64,000 nt of DNA from an uncultured bacterium (lineage in GTDB: Bacteria; Zixibacteria; MSB-5A5; GN15; FEB-12), in assembly GCA_965372795.1 (NCBI GenBank), contig CBDVDR010000003.1, forward strand, positions 128,495-192,494. The letters run 5' to 3'. The notes beneath the pieces are model-generated. The model did no database searches. It was not told the origin of the DNA and was given only the letters and a program-made list of their open reading frames with translations. Position numbers and translations under genes: made by a program. Shown piece after piece: positions 22,365 through 33,554 of the stretch (positions are counted from its first letter, which is position 1; the number at the start of each line of letters is the position of its first letter).

Positions 22365-25333
22365 AAAAAAATCTGAATATAAATGCCAAGGGTAAAGATT
22401 ACTGGCGTTCGCTTGAAGAATTATCCGGGACAGAAGAATTTAATGATTTTCTTTATCGGGAATTTCCCAAGGGTGCCTCGGAGTTAAATAATAACTGGTC
22501 GCGCCGTAATTTCATTACCATGATGGGTGCGTCACTTGCCCTCGCCGGATTAGCTTCCTGTCGCAGACCTGAAGAAAAAATCGTGCCTTATGTTAAAGCC
22601 CCGGAAGAAATTATCCCGGGACAGGCGCTGTTTTATGCAACCAATATGCCCTTTGGTAATTCTTCTTACGGGCTTGTTATAGAAACTCATGAAGGACGCC
22701 CGACTAAAGTTGAAGGAAATAAATTACATCCTTCATCACAAGGTTCAGCGCATACTTTTGCATTAGCATCGATGCTTGGATTGTACGATCCTGATCGTTC
22801 CGGCAAAGTATATAAGGGCAAAGAAGAAAAAGAGTGGGCTGATTTTGTATCATTCTGGAATGATAAATCAACAGAGTTTGAAACCGGCAAGGGTGAAGGG
22901 TTGGCAATTTTAAGCGAATCATATTCATCGCCTACCATTGCAAGGTTACGCAAAAAATTTGAAAAGAAATTTCCAAAAGCAAGCTGGGTTGTATATGATC
23001 CGGTGAGTGATGAAAATATATATGAAGGTATCAAAATTGCAACCGGTGAATCGTTCAAACCGGTTTATGATTTTGGCAAAGCTGATCTGATTCTTTCACT
23101 TGATTCTGATTTTCTGCAAAATGATAGCGAGAGCTTAACTGCGACCCGAGGATTTGCAGAGGGTCGTAAGATGCATACTGAAAATGATAAAATGAATCGC
23201 CTTTATGTAGTAGAGTCAAGCCTTACCCTGACCGGTGGAATGGCAGATCACAGACTTAGAATAAAAAGCAGTGAAGTTTCAAAATTTACCTTGAATCTTG
23301 CTTTTGAGCTTAATCAGCAGGGTTTAAATATAAAAGGGTTAAATGGTTTAACAAACCCGACTATTCTTAATAATTCTAAATGGTCCAAATGGCTCAAACC
23401 GCTGGCGAAAGATTTGATTTTGTCTAAGGATCGTTCGGTGGTTACAGCAGGTCGTCGTCAGCCAAAAGAGATTCATGCTTTGGTGTTTGCTATCAATGAA
23501 GCTCTGGAAGCCAATAACAATATAGTGAAACTTTATAATTTTGATGATTCCGACTATTCAACAAGTTCAGATTTGTCAGAGTTAGTTACTAAGATGCGTT
23601 CCGGCTCGGTCAACACCCTTTTGATGTTAGGTGTAAATCCGGTATATAACGCTCCTGTTGATTTAAGATTCTACAGTTCCTTACAAAAAGTTGAAAATAA
23701 AATTCATCTTAATCTATACCGTGATGAAACTGCAAAATCTTCAAGCTGGCATATTCCGATGGCGCATTATCTTGAAAGATGGGGCGATGTCCGTTCTGTT
23801 GATGGTACCGCCGGTCTAATTCAACCGATGATTGAGCCAATATTGGGTGGCAAAAGTGAAATTGAATTATTAAGCTTAATTATAGATGGTAATGAAAGCA
23901 AAGGATACGATCTTGTTCAAGAATCCTGGACTTCATTACTAAAGGGTGATCTGTTCGAAACCAAATGGCGTCGAGTGCTTCATGATGGTTTATTAGAAAA
24001 CAGCCAGACAAAGCCTGAAAAGAAAAATTCAAATTCAAAGTCAATCAATGCCGCTCTCAATAATTTAACTTTTAAAAATTCAGAAGAAATAGAAATTGTA
24101 TTTGCATCCTCGGCATCATTATTTGATGGCCGGTTTGCAAATTGTGGCTGGTTGATGGAGCTTCCTGATTCGGTAACAAAGATTTCCTGGGATAATGTAG
24201 CGGTTATAAGCAAAAATACTGCGTTGAAGTATCAGCTTCAAAATAAAGATGTTGTTGTGCTTTCATTTGATGGCAAAGAACTTGAAGCGCCGGTTTGGAT
24301 TTTACCCGGTCATGCTGATAACTCTATTACTGTCGAGCTTGGATATGGTCAGAAAGATTTAGGCAGAATTGCTGACGGAGTCGGTTATAATGCTTTCCAA
24401 TTAAGAAATTCAACAAATCCCGATATTGGGGTTGGTCTGAAAATATTCAAAACCGGCCGCACGATGAAGATTGCCAATACGCAGGATCACAGCAGTATGG
24501 AAGGGCGACCGTTAATTCGTGAGGGATCATTAGAAGAATATAAAAAAAATCCTAATTTTGCTGAAGAGATGGTCAAACATCCGCCTCTGCTGTCATTGTG
24601 GGATGATCATAAATATGACAAAGGCAATCAATGGGGGATGTCGATAGACCTTAATTCCTGTACCGGCTGCAATGCTTGTACTATTGCCTGTCAGAGTGAA
24701 AATAATATTCCGGTTGTCGGTAAAGATGAAGTCGAAAAGGGTCGCGAGATGCACTGGCTGCGAGTTGACCGTTACTTCACCGGTGAAGTTGAAGATGCCG
24801 GTATGGTCACTCAACCGGTTGCCTGTCATCATTGTGAAAATGCGCCTTGTGAACAGGTTTGTCCGGTAGCTGCCACCACTCATGATGAAGAAGGATTGAA
24901 TACGATGGCGTACAATCGGTGTATTGGTACCCGTTATTGTTCAAATAACTGTCCATATAAAGTACGTCGGTTTAATTTCTTCAACTACACCAAAGATCTT
25001 CCGGAACTTATTAAAATGGCACAGAATCCTGATGTTACTGTTCGTTCCCGGGGTGTGATGGAAAAATGTACGTACTGCGTTCAGAGAATTAACACGGCCA
25101 AAATAAGTGCGAAAAAAGAAGATCGCGAAATTCGTGATGGTGAGTTTGAAGTTGCTTGTCAGCAATCCTGTCCGGCGAAAGCGATTTCCTTTGGAAATAT
25201 ACTCGACAAAAAAAGTCAGGTTTATAAAATGAAAAACAATAGTAGAACTTACCATATGCTGTCAGAGTTAAATGTCAGACCGAGGACTTCGTATCTTGCA
25301 AAAATAAGAAACCCTAATCCGGAAATGGCGTAG
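22361..25333 (+). CDS. actB: Alternative complex III subunit ActB (fused molybdopterin-like B1 plus FeS B2 domains), Tat-exported
   Basis: I chose ATG 22361 (ATGA overlap with the actA stop) over the track start 22343. Twin-arginine signal SRRNFITMMGASLALAGLASC. The C-terminal third has multiple Cys clusters (CTGCNACTIAC, CHHCENAPCEQVCP, CIGTRYCSNNCP, CTYCVQR...CQQSCP). Confidence 0.85.
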   Translation: MKKNLNINAKGKDYWRSLEELSGTEEFNDFLYREFPKGASELNNNWSRRNFITMMGASLALAGLASCRRPEEKIVPYVKAPEEIIPGQALFYATNMPFGNSSYGLVIETHEGRPTKVEGNKLHPSSQGSAHTFALASMLGLYDPDRSGKVYKGKEEKEWADFVSFWNDKSTEFETGKGEGLAILSESYSSPTIARLRKKFEKKFPKASWVVYDPVSDENIYEGIKIATGESFKPVYDFGKADLILSLDSDFLQNDSESLTATRGFAEGRKMHTENDKMNRLYVVESSLTLTGGMADHRLRIKSSEVSKFTLNLAFELNQQGLNIKGLNGLTNPTILNNSKWSKWLKPLAKDLILSKDRSVVTAGRRQPKEIHALVFAINEALEANNNIVKLYNFDDSDYSTSSDLSELVTKMRSGSVNTLLMLGVNPVYNAPVDLRFYSSLQKVENKIHLNLYRDETAKSSSWHIPMAHYLERWGDVRSVDGTAGLIQPMIEPILGGKSEIELLSLIIDGNESKGYDLVQESWTSLLKGDLFETKWRRVLHDGLLENSQTKPEKKNSNSKSINAALNNLTFKNSEEIEIVFASSASLFDGRFANCGWLMELPDSVTKISWDNVAVISKNTALKYQLQNKDVVVLSFDGKELEAPVWILPGHADNSITVELGYGQKDLGRIADGVGYNAFQLRNSTNPDIGVGLKIFKTGRTMKIANTQDHSSMEGRPLIREGSLEEYKKNPNFAEEMVKHPPLLSLWDDHKYDKGNQWGMSIDLNSCTGCNACTIACQSENNIPVVGKDEVEKGREMHWLRVDRYFTGEVEDAGMVTQPVACHHCENAPCEQVCPVAATTHDEEGLNTMAYNRCIGTRYCSNNCPYKVRRFNFFNYTKDLPELIKMAQNPDVTVRSRGVMEKCTYCVQRINTAKISAKKEDREIRDGEFEVACQQSCPAKAISFGNILDKKSQVYKMKNNSRTYHMLSELNVRPRTSYLAKIRNPNPEMA

Positions 25334-25355
25334 GATGGAAGGTATAGAAATTTAA

Positions 25356-26765
25356 GTGAGTACTGTTGCAAAAGATATAGCAGCTTTAAAAGCCAGAAAA
25401 GATGTTCTAATTCAGGGTAATCCCTCTTTCGGGAAAATTACCCGCGATATTTGTCATATTGCAGAAGGCAAGCCGAATCGCAACTGGTGGATTTTATTCA
25501 GCATCTCATTAAGTTTGACATTGGTATTATTTATACAACTTGGATACCTTTTCTGGGAAGGAATCGGTATTTGGGGGTTGAATAATCCTGTCGGATGGGG
25601 CTGGGCAATTGTAAATTTTGTTTGGTGGGTCGGTATCGGCCATGCTGGCACTTTGATCTCTGCGATTTTGTTTCTGTTAAGACAACAATGGCGAACTTCG
25701 ATCAACCGCTTTGCGGAAGCCATGACTATCTTTGCGGTTATATGTGCCCTGATGTTTCCGGCAATCCATGTCGGTCGTGTTTGGGTTGTGCACTGGGTGC
25801 TGCCAATTCCGAACTCGATGGCAATATGGCCGAATTTCCGAAGCCCGCTTCTATGGGATTCATTCGCGGTCGGAACATATTTTACCTGTTCGTTTTTATT
25901 CTGGTACACTGGCTTGATTCCTGATCTGGCAACTCTCCGAGATCGTGCTGTAACTCGCATAAGAAAACTTGTACTCGGAATTTTCTCGCTGGGATGGCGT
26001 GGTGGAAACAGACAGTGGAAACATTATGAATTGGCGTATATGATTCTGGCAGGTATTTCGACCCCGCTGGTTTTGTCTGTTCATAGTATCGTATCGACTG
26101 ATTTTGCAACTTCTTTGTTGCCCGGATGGCATACAACAATTTTCCCGCCGTATTTTGTGGCAGGGGCAATTTTCTCGGGCTTTGCAATGGTTATGACGCT
26201 GACTCTAATCACTCGCTCGGCTTTTGAACTAAAGCATATCATTACAATACGACATCTTGAGTTAATGAATAAAATTATGCTCCTGACCGGTATGATGGTC
26301 GGGTATGCCTACTCGATGGAGTTTTTCATTGCCTGGTATAGCGGGAACGGTTACGAACAGTTTGCTTTTGTAAATCGTGCTTTTGGTCCTTATGCCTGGG
26401 CATATTGGATTATGGTTTCCTGCAACGTCTTGGTTCCGCAGTTATTCTGGTTTAAAAAATTACGGACAAGTATTCCGATTATGTTTGCTGCTTCGATATT
26501 GATTAATGTCGGGATGTGGTTCGAGCGTTTTGTGATTGTCTCAACATTATCACGCGGATTTATTCCAGCGACCTGGGATTATTATAGTCCGACAATTTTT
26601 GATATTGGAATCTATCTGGGCTCTTTCGGATTGTTCTTCACCCTCTTTTTATTATTCATTAAATTCCTTCCGATTGTAGCGATTTCCGAAGTTAAAAATG
26701 TTCTGCCACAGGCTGACCCGCATCACAAACATATAGAAATTATCTCATCGGAAGTCAAAGCATGA
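25356..26765 (+). CDS. actC: Alternative complex III subunit ActC (NrfD/PsrC-like quinol-interacting membrane subunit)
   Basis: 469-aa polytopic protein with a GTG start. NrfD-like composition and position after actB. Confidence 0.8.
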   Translation: MSTVAKDIAALKARKDVLIQGNPSFGKITRDICHIAEGKPNRNWWILFSISLSLTLVLFIQLGYLFWEGIGIWGLNNPVGWGWAIVNFVWWVGIGHAGTLISAILFLLRQQWRTSINRFAEAMTIFAVICALMFPAIHVGRVWVVHWVLPIPNSMAIWPNFRSPLLWDSFAVGTYFTCSFLFWYTGLIPDLATLRDRAVTRIRKLVLGIFSLGWRGGNRQWKHYELAYMILAGISTPLVLSVHSIVSTDFATSLLPGWHTTIFPPYFVAGAIFSGFAMVMTLTLITRSAFELKHIITIRHLELMNKIMLLTGMMVGYAYSMEFFIAWYSGNGYEQFAFVNRAFGPYAWAYWIMVSCNVLVPQLFWFKKLRTSIPIMFAASILINVGMWFERFVIVSTLSRGFIPATWDYYSPTIFDIGIYLGSFGLFFTLFLLFIKFLPIVAISEVKNVLPQADPHHKHIEIISSEVKA

Positions 26766-27310
26766 AATATTTTAAAAAAGCACCGGATATTATGCTGGCA
26801 GAGATTCAATCTCCCGAAGAACTTATTCATGCCGCCGAAAAAATCTGTGAAGCCGGATATGAAAAATATGATTGTCACTCGCCCTTTCCAATCCATGGTA
26901 TGGATCAGGCGATGAAGCTCAAACGCTCGCCAATCGGTTATATTGTTGGGACAATGGGAGCAATTGGTTTATTGGGATCATTATTCCTCCAGTGGTGGAC
27001 CTCATCAGTTGATTACCCGTTAGTAATCTCTGGTAAACCTCTTTTCAGTTTTCAGGCTTTTGTTCCGGTAACCTTCGCCCTGACGGTTTTGCTGTCTGCT
27101 TTTGGAGCTTTATTCGGGATGCTTGGATTTAATAAGCTGCCCCAATTATATCATCCGATTTTTAATTCAGAACAATTTAAGAAATTTTCTGATAATGGTT
27201 TCTTTATAAGTATTAATGCGGATGATCCAAAATATGATGCTGAGGCAACTGCTAAGTTTTTGGAATCTATTGGCGGAACCAATGTGGAGGTTGTTAAAGA
27301 TGAAGATTAA
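26762..27310 (+). CDS. actD: Alternative complex III subunit ActD
   Basis: 182 aa. ATGA overlap with the actC stop, two central TM helices, and the conserved position in act clusters. Confidence 0.65.
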   Translation: MKYFKKAPDIMLAEIQSPEELIHAAEKICEAGYEKYDCHSPFPIHGMDQAMKLKRSPIGYIVGTMGAIGLLGSLFLQWWTSSVDYPLVISGKPLFSFQAFVPVTFALTVLLSAFGALFGMLGFNKLPQLYHPIFNSEQFKKFSDNGFFISINADDPKYDAEATAKFLESIGGTNVEVVKDED

Positions 27311-27911
27311 ATCCTCCAGAATAATAATTTTGTTGGCAGTCACAATATTTATAGCCGGGTGTTATCAGGGGCGTCCCTCAAATAAAACACCATTGCATTT
27401 TAATCCAAGCATGGATCAACAGAAAAAATATAAAACTCAATCCTCAAGTATGTATTTTGAAAACGGTTCGACTATGCGTCTTCCGGTTGAAGGTACCGTA
27501 GCCCGCGGTTTTCTTCGAGAAAATGTTGAGTATTATACCGGCAAAAATAAAAAAGGTGAGTTTATAAAAAAATCTCCGGTAGCAACTGATATGGCTTTGA
27601 TGCTCAGAGGTCAGGAGAGATTTAATATTTATTGCGCTCCTTGTCACGGTCGAATTGGACAGGGTCAGGGAATAGTTGTGAAAAAGGGCTTGCTGCCTCC
27701 GCCATCTTTTATGGATCCGAAAATCCTGGCTTATCCTGATGGACAAATTTTTGATGTCATTTCAAATGGTATTAGAAATATGCCATCCTATCGACATCAG
27801 GTTCCGGTGCCCGACCGATGGGCGATAATTTCTTATTTCCGTGCTTTGCAACGCAGTCAAACAGCAACTGCAAAAGATATTCCTGAAGATATTATGAAAA
27901 GTATGAGGTAG
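27300..27911 (+). CDS. actE: Alternative complex III subunit ActE, monoheme cytochrome c lipoprotein
   Basis: I prefer start ATG 27300 ([21 protein letters not shown], lipobox-like IAGC) to the track start 27216, which overlaps actD by 95 nt. Single CAPCHG heme motif and a distal Met region (NMPSY). Confidence 0.7.
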   Translation: MKIKSSRIIILLAVTIFIAGCYQGRPSNKTPLHFNPSMDQQKKYKTQSSSMYFENGSTMRLPVEGTVARGFLRENVEYYTGKNKKGEFIKKSPVATDMALMLRGQERFNIYCAPCHGRIGQGQGIVVKKGLLPPPSFMDPKILAYPDGQIFDVISNGIRNMPSYRHQVPVPDRWAIISYFRALQRSQTATAKDIPEDIMKSMR

Positions 27912-27920
27912 TTGATATAA

Positions 27921-29102
27921 ATGAAATGGGATGCTGATTCATTAAGAATTAACTCGGTCGGATCAATCGGTCAATTGGCACTTGTTGTCGGAATTGTCGG
28001 ATTGCTTGCCAGTGCCTATGGTTATACAACTGATAAAAGTCAGTTCATGTTTTCATATTTAACAGCCTTTATGTTCTGGGTGTCAATCAGCCTTGGTGCT
28101 CTGTTCTTTACTCTGGTGCATTACCTTGCCAATGCCAAGTGGAGTGTTGTGATAAGAAGAATTTCAGAAGCAATAGGAAGTACTTTTTCTATCTTGCTGA
28201 TTTTGTTCTTACCGATTCTATTCGGAATCCACGATCTATTTCATTGGAGCCACGAAGAGGTTGTTGCAGTCGACGAAATTTTACAATCAAAAGAAGGGTA
28301 TCTAAATCCCACCTTTTTCATTATCCGCAGTTTGGGGTATTTTGTTATCTGGATTTTTCTTTCACTGTTCCTCTTTAAAAAATCAACCAACCAGGATACA
28401 AATCCTCAGGATGACTTTTTAAAAAAGGTACGTAAAGTTGCGGCTCCGGGTATGATTCTATTTGCGTTTTCTATTACCTTTGCTTCTTATGACTGGCTGA
28501 TGTCACTTGACCCGCACTGGTATTCTACAATTTTCGGAGCGTATTATTTCTCAGGCTCATTCTTAGCCTTTTTATCATTCATGATTTTAATAGGAAAATA
28601 TTTTGCCAGTCGAGGTATCCTTAAAGATATAATTACTGATGAACACTATCATGATATTGGCAAATTTTTATTCGGCTTTGTTATCTTCTGGTCATATATG
28701 GCATTCTCGCAGTATTTTATTATCTGGTATGCTAATATTCCTGAAGAAACGGTTTGGTTCCTGAAACGGTGGGAAGGAAGCTGGGTCAATATGAGCCTGC
28801 TTCTAATATTCGGACATTTTGTAGCCCCCTTTATTTTAATGATTACAAGATGGTCAAAAAGAAATACGTTCATGCTGGTACTGATGGCTTTTTGGATTTT
28901 ATTTATGCGCTGGGTTGACCTGTATTGGCTGATCTTTCCGGTTCATAGCGAAAGCGGAGTGCATTTGTCTTGGATGGATGTCACGACTTTATTGGGTATT
29001 GGCGGTATTTTTGTATGGTTTGTACTATACCAGCTTACAAAAAATGCTCTAATTCCAATAAAAGATCCGGAATTGGGAACTTCTTTACGACATGTCAATT
29101 AA
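27921..29102 (+). CDS. actF: Alternative complex III subunit ActF (ActC-related membrane subunit)
   Basis: 393-aa polytopic protein in the last canonical position of the act cluster. Confidence 0.7.
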   Translation: MKWDADSLRINSVGSIGQLALVVGIVGLLASAYGYTTDKSQFMFSYLTAFMFWVSISLGALFFTLVHYLANAKWSVVIRRISEAIGSTFSILLILFLPILFGIHDLFHWSHEEVVAVDEILQSKEGYLNPTFFIIRSLGYFVIWIFLSLFLFKKSTNQDTNPQDDFLKKVRKVAAPGMILFAFSITFASYDWLMSLDPHWYSTIFGAYYFSGSFLAFLSFMILIGKYFASRGILKDIITDEHYHDIGKFLFGFVIFWSYMAFSQYFIIWYANIPEETVWFLKRWEGSWVNMSLLLIFGHFVAPFILMITRWSKRNTFMLVLMAFWILFMRWVDLYWLIFPVHSESGVHLSWMDVTTLLGIGGIFVWFVLYQLTKNALIPIKDPELGTSLRHVN

Positions 29103-29142
29103 TAAGTAAATAGAGAGGTCTTTAATAGATTTTGAGGGAAAA

Positions 29143-29442
29143 ATGAGTGGATACGAAGAAACAGATATAAGCGTTGCGAAAACAGTTATCGGCGCAATCG
29201 TAGTCGTTCTATTTATAGGCGTTTTTCTGGTTATCCTCAATGAATACTTTCTTTCTGTGAAAGAAGAGATTGTTTACGAGACAGTTCTTAAACCTGAATC
29301 AATAAGCTTGAAAGAATTGTACTTGCGTGAAGATTCAGTATTAACAACCTACGAATTAACTGATACAGCCAAAGGCATCTACCGGATACCAATTGATAAA
29401 GCTCTGGAAATCGTAGCACAGGAAGCACAAGCAACTAGATAA
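29143..29442 (+). CDS. Small single-TM protein of unknown function between actF and SCO
   Basis: 99 aa with one TM helix (VIGAIVVVLFIGVFLVILNEYF). GAGGGA Shine-Dalgarno-like sequence upstream. Co-directional and tightly spaced with neighbours. Confidence 0.5.
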   Translation: MSGYEETDISVAKTVIGAIVVVLFIGVFLVILNEYFLSVKEEIVYETVLKPESISLKELYLREDSVLTTYELTDTAKGIYRIPIDKALEIVAQEAQATR

Positions 29443-29456
29443 TAAGTATTAACTTT

Positions 29457-30314
29457 ATGAAAAAGAATACAAATACATATATCCGTTCGGCGGCATTTTT
29501 TTTAATGCTAATATTGACTATATCGAGCCTTGTTGTCTCATATGCTTCTGCCCAGATAATCAAAGAAAATGACCCCCAATTAAATAAGATTGATGTCATA
29601 GAGCATCTGGGTGAATATATCCCGCTTGATTTATCATTTAAAAATGATAGAGGGCAGGAAGTTCTCCTCGGTGATTATTTTAGTAAAAACAAACCGGTTA
29701 TTTTGGTCATGGCATATTATGAATGTCCGATGCTTTGCAATTTGGTTTTGAACGGTTTAAGTAATGGCATCCATAAGCTCGGATGGCAGCCGGGTGAAAA
29801 CTATCAAATTCTAACGGTTAGCTTTGATCCGACAGAAACACCGGAGTTAGCGGCCTCGAAAAAGAAAAATTATTTAGCATCAATAGATGTCAACGAATCT
29901 TCAGGGTGGGATTTCTTAGTTGGCGAAGAAGAGCAATCAAAAAAATTAGCTGAGGCATTGGGGTTTCAATATTACTATGATGAGTCGCAGGAACAATATG
30001 CTCATCCGGCAGTTATATTTTTATTATCCGAAGATGGAAAAATCAGCCGTTATCTGTACGGGATGGATTTCCCGAAAAAAAACTTAAAATTAGCAATTTT
30101 AGAAGCTGCTGATGGAAAAGTTGGCACTACCATTGATCGAATAATTCTTTACTGTTTTCACTATGATCCTAATGCCGGTGGCTATGTTGTTTTTGCAGGC
30201 AATGTCATGAAGCTCGGCGGTGCCATTACTCTGTTGGCGCTGCTTGTTTTGGTCGCAGTTTTATGGAGCAAGGAACAGTATCGAAAAGTTCAATCGCAAA
30301 CGGTTAAATTATAA
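29457..30314 (+). CDS. SCO1/SenC-family copper chaperone with N-terminal signal and C-terminal TM anchor
   Basis: 285 aa. Thioredoxin-fold CxxxC motif in YYECPMLCNLV and a conserved downstream His (YAHPAVIFL). Confidence 0.75.
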   Translation: MKKNTNTYIRSAAFFLMLILTISSLVVSYASAQIIKENDPQLNKIDVIEHLGEYIPLDLSFKNDRGQEVLLGDYFSKNKPVILVMAYYECPMLCNLVLNGLSNGIHKLGWQPGENYQILTVSFDPTETPELAASKKKNYLASIDVNESSGWDFLVGEEEQSKKLAEALGFQYYYDESQEQYAHPAVIFLLSEDGKISRYLYGMDFPKKNLKLAILEAADGKVGTTIDRIILYCFHYDPNAGGYVVFAGNVMKLGGAITLLALLVLVAVLWSKEQYRKVQSQTVKL

Positions 30315-30338
30315 GCAGGAGATGCAAGGTTAGTTAAT

Positions 30339-31280
30339 ATGGATTCAAGTTTTGCAAGTGTAATGCCACAAGGGTCATCGACTATTGCCGGCGACGTTGA
30401 TTCGCTGTTCAATTTCATTTTTTACAGCAGTGCGGTAATATTTGGATTAGTGGTTTTTGCGATTATATTTTTCATAGTTAGATACCGGCGTAAAGGGGAA
30501 GCTACGAAAACATCCGGAGTTGATCATAACTTAACTCTGGAAATTGTCTGGACTGTTATTCCGACAATATTAATTATTATCGTATTTATATGGGGTTTTA
30601 AAGATTATGTGCGAATGTTTGTAACTCCCCATGATGCGATGGAAGTCAAAGTCACCGGGCAAAAATGGTTTTGGAGCTTTGATTATCCCGAAGGAGCCAA
30701 TTCGGTTAATGAACTGGTAGTGCCCTTTGGCCGGCCGGTAAAACTTCTGATGTCCTCAAAAGATGTTATCCATAGTTTCTTTGTCCCTGATTTTCGCGTT
30801 AAGATGGATGTTCTTCCTAATCGATATTCAATTACCTGGTTTCAGGCGACCGATACCGGGAGCTATGATCTATTTTGTACCGAGTTTTGCGGCAAGGGTC
30901 ATTCTGAAATGATCGCCAAAGTAAGAGTCCTTCCGGAAGAAGAATTTATTAAATGGCTTGATGAAAGCAGTGCTTCCGGCGAAGGAATGACGCTTGAAGA
31001 GTTTGGAGCCAAACTGTATCGAACCAAAGCCTGTTACACTTGTCATTCGGTTGATAATACAAAAAATGTAGGACCAAGTTTTAACGGAATTTTTGGCAAA
31101 ATGGAAAAGATGGAAGATGGGTCCGAGGTTTTAAGTGATGAAAATTATATTAGGGAATCAATTCTAAATCCTAAGGCAAAAGTTGTTGCCGGATATGAAC
31201 CGGTAATGCCGACTTATCAAACGATTTTAAAAGACAGACAGATTGATGCTTTGATTGCCTATATAAAGTCTCTTAAGTAG
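30339..31280 (+). CDS. coxB: Cytochrome c oxidase subunit II with fused C-terminal cytochrome c (caa3 type)
   Basis: 313 aa. CuA site HSFFVPDF...CTEFCGKGHSEM and a C-terminal CYTCHS heme c motif. Confidence 0.9.
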   Translation: MDSSFASVMPQGSSTIAGDVDSLFNFIFYSSAVIFGLVVFAIIFFIVRYRRKGEATKTSGVDHNLTLEIVWTVIPTILIIIVFIWGFKDYVRMFVTPHDAMEVKVTGQKWFWSFDYPEGANSVNELVVPFGRPVKLLMSSKDVIHSFFVPDFRVKMDVLPNRYSITWFQATDTGSYDLFCTEFCGKGHSEMIAKVRVLPEEEFIKWLDESSASGEGMTLEEFGAKLYRTKACYTCHSVDNTKNVGPSFNGIFGKMEKMEDGSEVLSDENYIRESILNPKAKVVAGYEPVMPTYQTILKDRQIDALIAYIKSLK

Positions 31281-31291
31281 TGAGAAAGTAA

Positions 31292-32899
31292 ATGAGCGAT
31301 AAACCAAAATTAAGTTATTTAAACGAGGAAAAAGGATTAAAGTCCTGGCTGTTGACCAAAGATCATAAACGAATCGGGATCATGTATCTCTATGCGATTA
31401 TGACTTCTTTCTTCATAGGCGGGATGTTTGCCCTGTTGATTAGACTCGAACTTTTTAGTCCCGATAAAATAATTGTTGATGCTGATACTTACAATCAGTT
31501 ATTCACCCTCCACGGGGCGATAATGATTTTCCTTTTTATTATTCCTTCGATTCCGGCAGTTCTTGGTAATTTTGTTTTACCCTTGATGCTTGGTGCCAAG
31601 GATGTTGCCTTTCCCAGAATAAATTTACTGAGTTGGTATATCTATATCATAGGAGCCATGTTTGCTCTTTACTCGCTGGTGTCGGGCGGGGTAGATACCG
31701 GCTGGACCTTTTATACGCCATACAGTGTCGAATCAACAACTTCGGTTATTCCAATGACATTCGGTGCTTTTATAATGGGCTTCTCCTCGATTTTTACGGG
31801 GCTGAATTTTATTGTTACAATTCATAAACTTCGCGCACCCGGAATGACCTGGTTCAAACTTCCCCTGTTCGTCTGGGGTATCTATGCCACAGCAATTATT
31901 CAGGTTTTAGCCACTCCGGTTTTAGGTATTACATTATTGTTATTAATCATTGAAAGAGTTGCTGCCATCGGAATTTTTGATCCGGCGATGGGGGGCGATC
32001 CGGTGCTCTACCAGCATTTCTTCTGGTTCTATTCTCACCCGGCGGTTTATATAATGATTTTACCCGGAATGGGAATTATCAGTGAAGTTATTTCGGTCTT
32101 TTCACATAAGAAAATTTTCGGATATAAAGCGATTGCCTTTTCAAGTTTAGGAATTGCCTTTGTTAGTTTCATGGTCTGGGGACATCATATGTTTGTCAGC
32201 GGACAATCGGAACTGGCTGCTATGATCTTTTCGTTTTTAACCTTCCTGGTAGGCATCCCTTCCGGCATTAAAGTATTCAACTGGCTGGCAACGATGTATA
32301 AGGGTCAGATAGAACTGAAAACCCCGATGTGGTACGCTTTGTCATTTTTGGTTCTGTTTACTATCGGCGGCTTAACCGGTATTTTTCTCGGTGCTTTGTC
32401 AGTTGATGTACATCTTCACGACACCTATTTTATTGTAGCCCATTTCCATTATGTTATGGTCGGCGGAACCGTGATGGCGTTCTTAGCCGGACTTCATTAT
32501 TGGTGGCCAAAATTATGGGGCAGAATGTATAATGAAAAACTGGCGAATCTTTCCTGTCTGATAATTTTTATTGGTTTTAATATGACTTTCTTTTCTCAGT
32601 TCATGCTGGGCATGAATGGTATGCCGCGCCGGTATTATACATATCTGGAACAATATCAACCTTTACATGGTTTTTCATCGGTGGGATCACTTGTGATGGC
32701 GGTTGGATTCTTTTTGATGGGCTTCTATTTGATTCATTCTATTTTCAAAGGACGATTAGCTCCCAAAAATCCATGGTCGGCTCTGACTTTTGAGTGGACG
32801 ATTGATTCCCCTCCTCCGGCTGGGAATTTTGATGAGGTTCCGGAACTTACTCATGGACCATACGATTTTGATAAAATTATTGTTAAAAGAGAGGTGTAG
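31292..32899 (+). CDS. coxA: Cytochrome c oxidase subunit I
   Basis: 535 aa. [31 protein letters not shown] and [13 protein letters not shown], the hallmark heme-copper oxidase A-family motifs. Confidence 0.95.
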   Translation: MSDKPKLSYLNEEKGLKSWLLTKDHKRIGIMYLYAIMTSFFIGGMFALLIRLELFSPDKIIVDADTYNQLFTLHGAIMIFLFIIPSIPAVLGNFVLPLMLGAKDVAFPRINLLSWYIYIIGAMFALYSLVSGGVDTGWTFYTPYSVESTTSVIPMTFGAFIMGFSSIFTGLNFIVTIHKLRAPGMTWFKLPLFVWGIYATAIIQVLATPVLGITLLLLIIERVAAIGIFDPAMGGDPVLYQHFFWFYSHPAVYIMILPGMGIISEVISVFSHKKIFGYKAIAFSSLGIAFVSFMVWGHHMFVSGQSELAAMIFSFLTFLVGIPSGIKVFNWLATMYKGQIELKTPMWYALSFLVLFTIGGLTGIFLGALSVDVHLHDTYFIVAHFHYVMVGGTVMAFLAGLHYWWPKLWGRMYNEKLANLSCLIIFIGFNMTFFSQFMLGMNGMPRRYYTYLEQYQPLHGFSSVGSLVMAVGFFLMGFYLIHSIFKGRLAPKNPWSALTFEWTIDSPPPAGNFDEVPELTHGPYDFDKIIVKREV

Positions 32900-33550
32900 T
32901 TGATGAATCATTCGACGAGTCACCCTTCACATTTGCAACATCATTTCAGCGATACCCATCAACAGAAAGAGTCTGCAAAATTGGGTATGTGGATTTTCCT
33001 TTTAACCGAAATTCTTCTTTTTGGCGGGTTGTTCTGTGCTTATGCGATCTTCCGTGCCTGGAATCCGGATGTGTTCCACAATGCTCACTTACACCTTGAT
33101 GTCTGGCTGGGAACGCTGAACACGGTTGTGTTGATTACCAGTTCTTTAACCATGGCTTTGGCTATTCGGGCAATGCAATTAGGACAGAAAAGCAATACAA
33201 TTACTTTTTTAGTAACAACATTTTTCTTAGCTGCCATCTTTTTGGTTGTTAAATATTTTGAATATGAACATAAAATCCACCTTGGACAGCTGCCGGGGAA
33301 ATTTTATACCTTTGATGGTATTGAAGGAAATAACCCCCATATCTTTTTCTCAATTTATTTTCTAATGACAGGCTTGCACGGTATACACATTCTTGGCGGG
33401 ATGTCAGTCATTGGTTGGTTGATTTTTAAAACGAGGAATGATTCTTTTTCAGAAGAATATTATACACCGATTGAGATGACCGGATTATACTGGCATTTGG
33501 TTGATCTAATCTGGATTTTCCTCTTTCCGCTATTTTATTTAATAGGATAA
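32900..33550 (+). CDS. coxC: Cytochrome c oxidase subunit III
   Basis: 216 aa. GMWIFLLTEILLFGGLF...YWHLVDLIWIFLFPLFY. The start may be ATG 32903 rather than TTG 32900. Confidence 0.85.
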   Translation: MMNHSTSHPSHLQHHFSDTHQQKESAKLGMWIFLLTEILLFGGLFCAYAIFRAWNPDVFHNAHLHLDVWLGTLNTVVLITSSLTMALAIRAMQLGQKSNTITFLVTTFFLAAIFLVVKYFEYEHKIHLGQLPGKFYTFDGIEGNNPHIFFSIYFLMTGLHGIHILGGMSVIGWLIFKTRNDSFSEEYYTPIEMTGLYWHLVDLIWIFLFPLFYLIG

Positions 33551-33554
33551 TATA

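Noticed and set aside
27216-27299. Track start of actE at 27216, giving a 95-nt overlap with actD
   Set aside because: The internal ATG at 27300 yields a proper lipoprotein-type signal peptide and only an 11-nt overlap. The upstream extension has no signal-peptide or conserved character.
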